NCBI GenBank assembly: GCA_001643675.2
Contig: LSRY02000012.1
Coordinates: 248,001 to 312,000, forward strand
Direction of reading: 5' to 3'
Length of the DNA: 64,000 nucleotides
Source: Monocercomonoides exilis PA203
Lineage: Eukaryota > Protista > Preaxostyla
A model generated the notes under the pieces. The model was not told the DNA's origin, did not search any database, and worked only from the letters and a program-made list of their open reading frames with translations. Positions 43,928-54,711 of the stretch are shown here, in pieces (position 1 is the stretch's first letter; every line of letters begins with the position of its first letter). The translations under genes were made by a program, and so were the position numbers.

Positions 43928-46900
43928 ATGAATCATCAGAGTGATCAAACGCACATTAGCACAAAAGCCAAATGCCACACATCCCAATTAATTCAATCTA
44001 ATGCATTCCACACAAACTCTGAGATGATATCCACACATTTACAGGAACAGATGGAAACCTCAAAATCCAGTCCTTTTTATTATAAGACTTCAAATTCACA
44101 GCAAAAATACGTAGAGAGTTCATTAATCCAAGGCCCTGAAGCAAATGCAACAAATTTAATTTTTTCAAGTGATAAACTTCAAGATGGTACACAAATAGTT
44201 TTATCTTTATCTTCGGATTCTTTGAACATCACAACTGATCCGAAACAATCTGTTTTTCCAAAATTGCCACCAACTCCTTCATCATCCATTGATTCTAGTC
44301 AATCTGTTTTTACTCTCGATTCCAAACAAAGTTTACCACCACTTCCAACAACACCAAATTTTGTAAAGATATCCTCACCAACGTTTGGATCTGTTCCAGG
44401 GCCAAGTCAGGATCCAACAAATAATTCCCCAATTTCAACGAGTCAAATAAATGAAATTAAAACACCAAAAGTTAACACTGGAAAAGGTACAAAACGTGTA
44501 AAAAAAACTCGAAGAATTTCAATTATTCCAAAGACAGAAGTTTTAACAACTACCGAAATATTAAAGTCGCAAAATGCTGAAACTGATAAAGATAATATTA
44601 CAGTTGATCGCAAAACACCAAAAAGAAGAAGGCTTCGGAAGAAAACCATGGTTAGTCGTGAGAAAGTTAAAAGGGATTTGTCAAAAGAAAGCAATGGAAC
44701 ACATCGTTCATCATCTGCATTGTCGTTTTCAACACTGACAATAGAATTGGATTCCGGGCTAATCAGCGATTCGTTATCTGAATATGAAATAAAGTTACAT
44801 CGAAAACGTACTTTGAAGTCAACAGGCGAATCAAAGCAAGAAAAGCAAAGCACTCAAAAATTGAAGAAGAAACTCAAAGAAATTGGAATTGTGAAACGCA
44901 AGTCATCAAAAGAACCAAAAACAAAAGAAGGAAAACCAAAGAAGGTTGTCAAAAAGCGAGCTAAAAAACAAAGCACTAACAGTCCACTGCCTCCTCTTCC
45001 TCCAACGCCAACATCGTTTGTCAGAGGTTTGTTGTCTGATGAAGAAAGAGAGCATTATTCTGGTTTCCCCCTTGAAGATGGCAGTGATAGCCAGATGGAC
45101 TACGATATTAAAGGATTTCTGAGTGATGATGAAGATAATGATGATGGCGCAGGTGCTGAGCTCGACGGCAGTGAGGAAGGGGATGATAATTTACACAGAG
45201 CATCCAATGAAGCTGCTGAATTTCATGAAGTTGGCAAAGCAGAAGAAATGCTCCAGCCAGAAGTGTTGAGAGAAATCCCGACGCCTCAGCTGGTGCCTCT
45301 GCTGCTGCTCCAGACGCCCTGCCGAAATCCAGTCGGTTTGCAGGAGCTTTCACCGTTCGTCTCTGCCAATCAACTTTTTGAGTCACAGCAACCCTCTCAG
45401 AACCAGCCACAGACGTTACCACCGCCTCAGCTGGCATTGATCGACACGCCAAGCACACAGCAGTCGTCTTATACATCGTCTCCTGCACAGTCTTCGCCAG
45501 CCTTTCGTCAGTACAACTCCTTCCAGCCACTTGTGTATTCACCCCCTCAGTTCTTTTCTTCGCCACATGCGTCATCAACATACCAGCAGGCTCAGCCTCC
45601 TTCGCTTCTCTCCCGCACCTCGTATTTATTTCCTCCTCCACAAAATTCTGCAATAACAGCTTCTTCTTCTTCTGCTGCTGCTTCTCCTTCTCCATCTCGA
45701 ACTCCTCCTTCATCATCAATGTTGCCATCTGCAACTCCTTTACTCCTTTCTTCTTCCTCCTCCTCTTCCCCCTTTTCATCATCTCCTGCATCTACAACAG
45801 AACTGCCTGTTTATTCGCACGAGCAACAACAACAGAGAATTCTGCAGGAGCAGATGAAGCTCCGCCTGCAGCTGCAGCAGCGACAGGAACAGCAGCTGGC
45901 GCAGATGAGACAGCAGCAGCTGGAACAGAAGGCAGAACAGATGCTGCTCAAACAACAACAACAGCAGCAGCAACTTCAACTTCAACAACATCAGCTGACA
46001 ACTCAAACTTCTACCGAGAATTCGCCTTCTGCTTTCCAGTCTCCAATACGCCTTCCCTTTGAGTCTGTCACACAGTTCGGGTATTCTCCTTCATCTCTCT
46101 ATCAGCCAATGATGCGCACTGCCCAACAGCCATCGCCGCATGTATTAGCACAAAGCATACCTTCTTCCCCTAATCCAGCCCCGTCTGCTGCTTCTGTCCA
46201 GTCAGCCACACAAACACAGGCCTCAACACCGAAGCAGTTCCAGTTTGTTGCCTCGCCTGCTCTGCCAAAGACATCCGTATCTCCTTTGACGCCTGCCATT
46301 TCCCATCCCACTGAAGCAGCTACAGACAGAACAACTCCTGTCAAGTTTGCCCAGGGTGCTGAAGAAATATCGCTGAACTGGCTGCCTCCGCTGTCAACAT
46401 GCACACCAAACTCGAAGCAAAGGCAGATACAGACACAGACACAAACACAGACGCAGTCAGAGAAGCAGATGGAAATACAGACGGAGACACAGACGGAGAG
46501 GGAGAGGGAGAAGGAGATGTCGACTCAACAGAAAGAAGACACAGAAATGCCTCAGCCTTCCCTGCCTGTTGAGACACACCGCCCAGCCACTGCTCCCCTG
46601 AAACCACAGAGTACAGTCTCCACACGAAGACACAGCTACATCGCTCCACACAGATGCTCTGTCAGATGCAAGTCTGCTTCTCCAGGGATGAGGAAGAGGT
46701 CGTATCTGTTGGACTCGCCATTCTCATATGTGAAGATTGCGCTGTGCAAGTCGGCTCCTCCATCCACTTTGATTCGGACATCAAAAGTGAAGTTAAACAA
46801 TGCTGATGAAATGGATAGGATGGATGGTACGGATGGAATTGAAGGTGCTGTCTGCACACCACCACCCCATCCGAATTATCAGTCATCAGCACATTCTGGT

Positions 46901-49108
46901 TATTCGCCTGTTACTCCGTCGAAGTCTGCTCCGCCTGCTACTCCTGGGTCATCGTGCATAAAGATTCATCAGATGGGAAATAATATATCAACAATCAAAA
47001 CACCAGAAATGCCCATTCAGCCAATTGAGGAGGAGCAGAAAGATGATGTTATAAATAATGGTGATAATAATTTTAATAGTATTTGTGATAACAATAATAA
47101 CAGTAACAATTATAACAATAACACTAATAGTGGTAATAGTAATAATAATATTTTGAAAAAGCATTCATTGTTTACTCTTCAGTCGGTTGAGATTGCACAA
47201 CCTTTTGTTCCAGCTTCAGTTTCAGCAGCAGCTGCTGCAAAAGCACAAGCGGCTGGTACTTCATTACCATCATCATCATCTTCTTCATCATCATCTTCTT
47301 CTTCAACACCATCTTCCTCTTCTTCATCTGCTTTATTACCAATCCCTGTCTCTGTTGATGCATCGAATGAATCAGCACACAAGGACTCATTCATTGCACT
47401 GATGGAGTCATCATGTGCCACCCCGATAGTCCCCACCACACCGATGCAGAATATCAATATAACTTCTTCTTCTTCCTCTTCTTCATCTGCTTCTGTTTCT
47501 GCTGCCCTTTCGCTCACCCAAACACCATCAACGCGTATTCTCCGGAGCCAAACGATTTATGCTCCGACTTCTACTCCTGCGAGGAGCTCCTCCCCAAACT
47601 GCCGAGCCGAAAAGAGCAGCAGCCAGACAGCATCTTTCGTGCGGAACGGCCGGGCGCTGACGTCGTCTGTAGACACTCCTGTCACACGGGCACTCCGCTC
47701 GTCTCTCCCTCCCCCGGTCTTCTCATTCACAAACTTCAATAACTTCAATAACTTCAATAACTCCCCGGCTTCTGCTTCTGCATCTATGTCTACGTCTATG
47801 TCTATTCCAATGTCTATGTCAATGTCCATGTCTATGTCTGCATCTGACTCTTCATCTGAAACTGTGTCAGCATCTGATATACTGCCTGCGCCCCCTGCCT
47901 CACCTGCCCCACCCGAAAAGCCGAAGAGCTATCCAATCACATTTGTGACGACGACGACTGCTGACATGCCAAAGATACCAACTATGCCCAGCAAGTCTAA
48001 GACGCCTACTGTTCCTTCTTCAACTTCATCATCATCATCATCGTCTCCATCATCATCGTCATCTTCTTCTTCTTCTTCTCCCTCCTCTTCAGCTTCAATC
48101 AACATTGTTTCGTCTTCGGCTGATTCTTCAGTGAAGACGCCAACCACATCTTCCTCAGGAGACTGTTCTGATGGTGTTAATCAGTCTCCATCGTCCACAA
48201 AGCTGAAAATGACCCCCAATTTTGTGCCATTCACTCCAAAGGGCCTGTTCTTCCCGCTGTCCTGCATGAAACCCATACAAACGCCTGAAATCTCAAAAGA
48301 GAAGGAGAAAGAGAAAGAGAAAGAAAAAGAAGATGATCCGCTTCTTTTCCCCTCGCTGCGGCAGAAGACTGATCCCTGCTTTTATTGCGGGTCTTTGGAG
48401 CACTCGGTGTCTGCGTGTCCCACTCGAAGGCATCGGATGAGGACGAAGTATGAGAGACGCTCCTCGAAGATAGAGCCAGCAGACCCGTCGATCAACTACG
48501 AGTTCATCATTGAGAAGGTTGTGAGTGACAGTGACAGCGACAGTGAAAATGAGAATGATGTGTCGGATGAAGGGAGAAGGAAAGAGAGAGAGAAAGAGAA
48601 GGAGAAGAAGAGAGAAGGAGAAGAAGAGAAAGAGAGGACGAAAGACGGGATGAGTGCTGGGAGCAATGCCAATTCGAGTGCCAGTTCTGCTGACCCAGCA
48701 AAGAACAACAACTCCAACAGCGAAGACACTCTCTGTCTGTCTTCTCATATAAAGCCTGACCAGCAACAGGAGCAACAACAGGAACAGGAACAGCAGCAGT
48801 CAATGAATGAGCCAGGAGCATCCGATTTCCTTCGTGCGATGACTGCGCAGGCGCCGTCTCCGTCTCCGTCTCGTCCCTTTGTGTCGCTGAGGAGGTGCCA
48901 GCTGTGTGGTCAGCGTGGCCATCTGAGTGGAATGTGCCCGTATGCCTCGCCTCCCCCGCAGCATGCAGCGATGCGCAGGAATGTCGACTATCGAACACAC
49001 CCGTCTCTTTTCAGTGCTGATATGCTCACGATGGAAGAGGCAGTGTCGGATAATGTTGAAGAAAGGCGGTTTTCCCAGTTGCATTCTTTTCATTTTTACC
49101 CAAGATAG
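43928..49108 (+). CDS. Large low-complexity protein with two CCHC zinc knuckles
   Basis: ~1726-aa intronless ORF rich in S/P/Q/N; CFYCGSLEHSVSAC and CQLCGQRGHLSGMC; Lys-rich NLS-like segments. Confidence 0.7.
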   Translation: MNHQSDQTHISTKAKCHTSQLIQSNAFHTNSEMISTHLQEQMETSKSSPFYYKTSNSQQKYVESSLIQGPEANATNLIFSSDKLQDGTQIVLSLSSDSLNITTDPKQSVFPKLPPTPSSSIDSSQSVFTLDSKQSLPPLPTTPNFVKISSPTFGSVPGPSQDPTNNSPISTSQINEIKTPKVNTGKGTKRVKKTRRISIIPKTEVLTTTEILKSQNAETDKDNITVDRKTPKRRRLRKKTMVSREKVKRDLSKESNGTHRSSSALSFSTLTIELDSGLISDSLSEYEIKLHRKRTLKSTGESKQEKQSTQKLKKKLKEIGIVKRKSSKEPKTKEGKPKKVVKKRAKKQSTNSPLPPLPPTPTSFVRGLLSDEEREHYSGFPLEDGSDSQMDYDIKGFLSDDEDNDDGAGAELDGSEEGDDNLHRASNEAAEFHEVGKAEEMLQPEVLREIPTPQLVPLLLLQTPCRNPVGLQELSPFVSANQLFESQQPSQNQPQTLPPPQLALIDTPSTQQSSYTSSPAQSSPAFRQYNSFQPLVYSPPQFFSSPHASSTYQQAQPPSLLSRTSYLFPPPQNSAITASSSSAAASPSPSRTPPSSSMLPSATPLLLSSSSSSSPFSSSPASTTELPVYSHEQQQQRILQEQMKLRLQLQQRQEQQLAQMRQQQLEQKAEQMLLKQQQQQQQLQLQQHQLTTQTSTENSPSAFQSPIRLPFESVTQFGYSPSSLYQPMMRTAQQPSPHVLAQSIPSSPNPAPSAASVQSATQTQASTPKQFQFVASPALPKTSVSPLTPAISHPTEAATDRTTPVKFAQGAEEISLNWLPPLSTCTPNSKQRQIQTQTQTQTQSEKQMEIQTETQTEREREKEMSTQQKEDTEMPQPSLPVETHRPATAPLKPQSTVSTRRHSYIAPHRCSVRCKSASPGMRKRSYLLDSPFSYVKIALCKSAPPSTLIRTSKVKLNNADEMDRMDGTDGIEGAVCTPPPHPNYQSSAHSGYSPVTPSKSAPPATPGSSCIKIHQMGNNISTIKTPEMPIQPIEEEQKDDVINNGDNNFNSICDNNNNSNNYNNNTNSGNSNNNILKKHSLFTLQSVEIAQPFVPASVSAAAAAKAQAAGTSLPSSSSSSSSSSSSTPSSSSSSALLPIPVSVDASNESAHKDSFIALMESSCATPIVPTTPMQNINITSSSSSSSSASVSAALSLTQTPSTRILRSQTIYAPTSTPARSSSPNCRAEKSSSQTASFVRNGRALTSSVDTPVTRALRSSLPPPVFSFTNFNNFNNFNNSPASASASMSTSMSIPMSMSMSMSMSASDSSSETVSASDILPAPPASPAPPEKPKSYPITFVTTTTADMPKIPTMPSKSKTPTVPSSTSSSSSSSPSSSSSSSSSSPSSSASINIVSSSADSSVKTPTTSSSGDCSDGVNQSPSSTKLKMTPNFVPFTPKGLFFPLSCMKPIQTPEISKEKEKEKEKEKEDDPLLFPSLRQKTDPCFYCGSLEHSVSACPTRRHRMRTKYERRSSKIEPADPSINYEFIIEKVVSDSDSDSENENDVSDEGRRKEREKEKEKKREGEEEKERTKDGMSAGSNANSSASSADPAKNNNSNSEDTLCLSSHIKPDQQQEQQQEQEQQQSMNEPGASDFLRAMTAQAPSPSPSRPFVSLRRCQLCGQRGHLSGMCPYASPPPQHAAMRRNVDYRTHPSLFSADMLTMEEAVSDNVEERRFSQLHSFHFYPR

Positions 49109-50118
49109 ATTACGCCCCCTATTCATAGTTTATTTTATATATCACAGTTTATTACTTGAGTTAAACTTTTTTATTAATCCTCAAAATGGATTTGAAAAGT
49201 TTAATGGCTTTTCTTTAACCTCTTGTGACATAATCTTCTCATTCCTTTTTATTTTTATTTATTTTTTATTTTTTATTTTTTTCCATTTAATATTATATTT
49301 TTAAGTTTTTGGTTGTTTGCACTTTTTATTTCGACATTCTAAGTTTATATCGGCCCCATTTAAGATATTCCAATCCATTATATTTTATTTGTATTATGAT
49401 TATTTATTAATTTTTATTGAATCCTTATCGCATTTTTTTATATGATATATCTTTATTTCCGATTTATTTGAGTTTTTCATAGTTATATTTTTATATGATT
49501 CTCAGTTCATGAAGACGAGTTTTTATGTTTTTTATATATATTTTTTTCATTTTTTTCCGATTGATTGTATTTAAAATGAAACCTGTAAATTTGGCTTTTA
49601 TTTTTTTTTTTTTTTCGAACAATTTTCAAAAATATATTAATGCATTTCAAAAGCCAAAATGTTTGAAGAATTAATTTTGGTGAAGGTTTGAATGACGTAT
49701 TGTTCTTGTAATTCAAAAACGATGTTGGATTTCGTTTTCAATTCATCTAAGAATTATTCTGAATAAATGTCTTTTTTTTTTTTTTTTTGAATGTTTCAAT
49801 CAATTGCTTTTTGTGAATGTTTCAATTAAGTTAACCGGAAAAAAGAAATCTTTTTTTCTTTCATTTTTTAGGTCATTATTTTATCGACACAAAAAATCAA
49901 AAGAATCACCAAACACGCATAAAGAAAAAAAAGAGAAGAGATTTTCTGTGAAACTCTAATAACATTAAATGAAATAGTAATGATATTTTTAGAAAAAAGG
50001 TTTCTTGTGGCTTAAATTTGAAGCTGAATTTTTTCAAATTTCAATTCAAGTGTAATTCATCAATTTTAACCCATATAATATTTCTTAATTCTAAAAGTTA
50101 GCATTTTTCGTTTTTTTA

Positions 50119-50892
50119 ATGACTGCAACTTTCACTCATTGCGGCCCGTGCAATTGCCATGGATGCGAATGTAAAGTTTATTCGGCTCCTGGACTGCAAG
50201 GCGGAAATTGTGCAAATTGCCACCATGCAAATGTATCTCATGCAATTTATTGCGCGGAATGCCACAGCCCAATTTTTGATGTTGCAAATTCCCTTGAATT
50301 GTTCTGTTTGGATCATTTATGCAATAGCTGCGCAAAAAAGCATGGTTTATCAACAAAAATTTGATTTTTTATGTCTTTTAAACAATTATTGAACAATTAT
50401 TATGAAATAATACATATATAACGTGATATTTTTAAGGAACTGAAAACATCTTGTGTCCAAAATGCTTTTGCATGACAGCTCGTAAACCATTTCAATCAAA
50501 AATTAAATTATCAAGCGAGGATGAAGAGCAATCTTTGGAGACTCGATTTAAACAAACAGCCATGAAATTGACGCTATTGTCAAAGAAGCCATCTGATAAC
50601 ATTCTTCTTCAAATTTATTCATTATACAAGCAAGCAACGATTGGCGATTGCAATACAAGTTTGAATGAGAAAATTTTTTTATCAAATAATAAATAATTCC
50701 AAATTTAGAAAAGCCTGGAATGTTGGATCCTGCTGGTAGAGCAAAATGGGATGCATGGAATGGGAAAAAAGGTAAAATTTGCTTCTTCAATTTAATTTTA
50801 AAAATGTTAATTGAAAATATTCTGGATCAGGAATGGGAAAGGACGAAGCAATGCAACTTTACATTAACATATATGACAGTCTTCGCGAATGA
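50119..50892 (+). CDS. Acyl-CoA-binding domain protein with N-terminal Cys/His and RING-like zinc fingers (190 aa, 4 exons)
   Basis: Exons 50119-50344, 50437-50658, 50709-50771 and 50831-50892 total 573 nt in frame. ACBP motifs [50 protein letters not shown]. Confidence 0.88.
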
Positions 50893-51125
50893 AATTCACA
50901 ATTTCTTTTTCACTTCATATTTATATTTCTTTATTTGAGATGTTTTTTCACAATTCTTTTTTTGAAGATCATTATTATTTTGAATGGTCTCAATAAGCAT
51001 TTATAGGAAATGATTAAAAACAAAAAATAGAAGCAGTCATTGTACAAGCATTTTTTTGTAATTATTTATACGTTTCGAGGAAGAAAAGTGAAGTGTTTAT
51101 GAAAAGAAGTGAAAGAAAATTTTTG

Positions 51126-51560
51126 TTAAGAAGATGGAGATGACCTTTTTCCAGAAATTGTAGAAATGTAGAGGACTATAGCAAGAATAAATGAATGGAA
51201 TAAATTTAAGGTTTCTGCATATCTCATTAAGATCATCAAATTGCACACCATTGTTTCCACGAATAAACGCATCTCCATATTGCTTCTCCAATTTCCCTCC
51301 AATCCACTCTTCGGATTGTTCCATTGCGATGTTCATAAAGCCATCTAAACTTGCCAAAATGCCTTTGAAATGAAATTTGTAAGAGCAAAATCAAAGACAA
51401 AAAGCAATAAAAATAATAATTGAATAAAACACAATTGATTGCATTAACCTCGATACTCTATTCCTGAATTAAGTTTCACAACTACGGTACGTCCAATAAC
51501 ATCTTTTAGAAAATCTGCTGGCTTCGTTATTTTCGGGGCAGAGATAGTTTCAGAAGACAT
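51126..51560 (-). CDS. LSM6: U6 snRNA-associated Sm-like protein LSm6 (3 exons)
   Basis: KPADFLKDVIGRTVVVKLNSGIEYR/GILASLDGFMNIAMEQSEE...YGDAFIRGNN/VLYIST. Confidence 0.92.
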
Positions 51561-51622
51561 TGATAATTTATTATGGAAAATTTTGATTAATTGTCAATGG
51601 TTTTGATCAAAGGAAACTTGCA
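51561..51622. promoter_or_regulatory. 62-bp divergent intergenic region (putative bidirectional promoter)
   Basis: The LSM6 ATG (51560, minus) and the TAF4-like ATG (51623, plus) are head to head. Confidence 0.55.
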
Positions 51623-54554
51623 ATGAGCAATCCTCAGGTATAACAGATATTTTATCATCGAAAATATTTTTTTAATAATTTTCATAATATTAATTTCTTA
51701 ACAGTATCCGTTTGGCGATCCAAGAGCTTTGAATTTTTCAACAATTCAACAGCCATCATCATTTCAATTTCATGGGATGCCAAACGCTGCACCTGGTTAT
51801 CCATCTGGCTTTCCTCGTGCAATTTCTCCTCCTCAACCAGTTCAATCGGTGCCCTCACCTTCTTCTCCGCCGGGAACGCCTCCTCCACAAATTGGACGAT
51901 CTGTCAGTCCGTCTGTGGATGCTATGATGATATCTTCAAAAAAAGGGAGATCCAGAAAACAAGATTTAATGGAGGAATTTGTTCCAGATATATTAACACC
52001 AGAAGAAAGAGCAATTCGTCGTTCTCTTTCTCCTCAACCACATGTTCCATCAACAGCTCGACCTCGTCAGCCTCTGCTTCCACCTGGAGCTAAAACTCCT
52101 CCCAAGCGATCTCAGAGTCCCACTCCACTCACTTCGACTCAAGCACAGCAACCTCAGTCACTTCAAGTTCAGTCTTCGCTTCCTCAACAACAATCAACGG
52201 CATCTGATACATCTTCAATCTCTTCTTTACCACCTCCGACTTTTGCTCCTTCCCCTGCACCTTCTCAAACTAGAATGCTACCAACAACTACATATACTAC
52301 TTCAATTCCTTCGGCCAATCCTTCATCTTATAATCAGCCATCTCTTTTTCGTCCTTTGATTCCCACTTCTCAGGCAACTGTCCAGACTCAACCAACGAAA
52401 ATTCAACCGTATTTGATCCCTTATTCTGCACTTCCATCTGTGATTGCTGCACGGCAGTTCGAAGAACAAATGGCTCATGAAAATTTCGAATCAGATGAAC
52501 TTTCATTTGCAACTACAGAAAATATAACATTGCTGGATAAAAATACTCGACTTTCAAGCTCAACGCAAATAAATGAAATAGATTTAACAGAAAATATGCC
52601 ATTTGAGCACGCAGATGAAAGCATGTCATTTCTCGAGGACAAGATTGACGAGGAGTTTGGCTCTGATGCAGCAGAGGATGAATACACTGGATCAGAAATT
52701 GCATATCGCGAGAGCACTTTCCGCCCAGTTGATGCGTATTCGTCGATTATCCCATTTTGCACCACGCTGATTCCAAAGCACTACAAACGCATGGGACACA
52801 ACAACAACAATAATAATAATAACAGCAGCAGTAGTAGTAATAGCAGCACTGCGCATCCTCCGGTGAGTGATGCGGAGGAAGGCGAAGAACAGGACGACCG
52901 GCAGCGCGAAGAAGAGGAGGAGCAGCAGCTTGCAAAGGAGATCGAGGAAGACGTTGGCACTGAGCACCTGAAGCCTCTGATGGACACGTACATCCTGTTC
53001 TCCATTAACAAGACAGTCGCTGCTGATGACGCGGTTATTCGTAGTCACATCGAAAGACTTGTTGCTGAGACAAACGAGGCGATCGACAAAACGAAGCTGC
53101 TGTCGACGAAGATCGGGATGCCCCGCTCGCCCGCATTCATCTCATACATCAAGACAGTCATCCACACACACATCCTTTCTCTCCTCTCTTCGCTGCGGTC
53201 TGTTTGTGACATCCGGACGGAGATTGCGTCGCCGACAGACCGCTTTATGCGCTCTTATCCGCATCTCGAGGCGTGGAACCCGGATCTGATGGACCCCGAC
53301 ATCCGCATCTTCTCTGCCGCCCGCATGCAACAAGGCCTGGCGGCTGCTGCTGCTGCCTCTCATGCAAATGCAGCGCAGCAGATGCAGTCGTCTTCCTCTT
53401 CCTCGTCGGCTGGCGCGTCTTCTTCGTCAGCAGGTGCTGCTGGGTCGCAGAATGCGCAGTCTTCTGGAGGAGCAGGCGGGGCAGGAGGGAGTGGAGCAGC
53501 ATCTGTGCTGTCTCGTTCCTCAATGGACGGTGGTCGTGTCAGCTCCATCCCACCGCCTCCACTCTTTCCGGTGAGAAGAAGCCCAATGGAATTTCCATCT
53601 GCTTCGTTGATTCCGAACAGCGTATTTCTGTCGATGCACCGTTCGCTGCGGGTGCTGGTGGCAGAAGAGGCAGCCGCAGAGAAAGAGAGGCAGCGGCAGC
53701 AGGGGTTGGACAAGAGGAGAGTGAAGGAGAAGAAGAAGAGAACAGGAGAAGGAGAAGAGGAAGGGGCAGGGAAAGGCAAACAAGGAGGGCTTCGTGATGC
53801 CATTGCGAAGCAGGCAGAAGAGGCAGCGATGGAGCAGCAAAAGAAGCTGAGTGGAGAGGCAGTGATGAGAGGCATAGAAGGAGTGCAGTTTGGGCGGAGC
53901 GGGTTTAACTTCGGCTCGTTTGGTGTTACTCGCATTGCTGATGCCTCGTCTCAGCCGTCTGCCGCACAGCAGAAGGCGCCTCTTTCATCTGCTCCTTCAT
54001 TCGGCGTGGGCGGAGTCAATCAGAGCAGCACAGGCAGCAACCGCCCGCACCCTCCGAATTCTGCATCTTCTGGCTCTTTCCAGCAGCCGATGGGTTTAAC
54101 ACCGACACTCATCACACTTGCTGATCTCGTGTCTGTCTTTGCTGCTGACCGAAACTATCGCTTTTCGAAGGTTCTGGCGAAGGTCACCCACCAGATGGGC
54201 CAGAAACCGGCGTCTGTGCCTCTGAGCTTCACCCATCTCTTCACCCCTCCTTCATTCAAAGAGGTGGCTGTCCCTGTGCCTCTTCTGAACCCTGCCTCCT
54301 CTCCTCTCCTCGCACCGCACCAGTCTCAGGCGTCGTTTCAGATGGCTGCTCAGAGAAGGAGAGAAGCCATGCGACAGACCAACCCGAACTTCGCTTTTGA
54401 ACGCTTGCCTCTGGACCCTCACCTCGTCCACATGTCACAACACATGCCTTCCTCTTCGTTTTCATTTCCCTCGTCTGCCTCTTCTATTCAGCAATTAGGG
54501 CAACCACAGCAGATGTCGTCTTCCACAATGCAGAGACAACAATTTGGAAGATAA
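51623..54554 (+). CDS. Divergent TFIID subunit TAF4-like protein
   Basis: Mini exon 51623-51637 and intron 51638-51704, in frame with the long ORF. Histone-fold-like FISYIKTVIHTHILSLLSSLRSVCDIRTE, a charged helix, and a CCTD-like ITLADLVSVFAADRNYRFSKVLAK (cf. recalled TAF4 VNLRDLIFCLENERETSHSLLLYK). Confidence 0.55.
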
Positions 54555-54711
54555 GGGAATTTTGAAAAACATTTCAAATAATTGGCTTGTACACTTCACT
54601 AAATCATTTCAGCACTCTCACGCATTTCAACTCAAATTCAAATTATAATATTTTATACTGTTTAAAGGAAGATTGTTCTATTTTTCATTTTTCGAATACC
54701 CATTTTTAAAA

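Noticed and set aside
48375-48940. CCHC knuckles as retrotransposon Gag
   Set aside because: No protease, RT, integrase, LTRs or TSD nearby.
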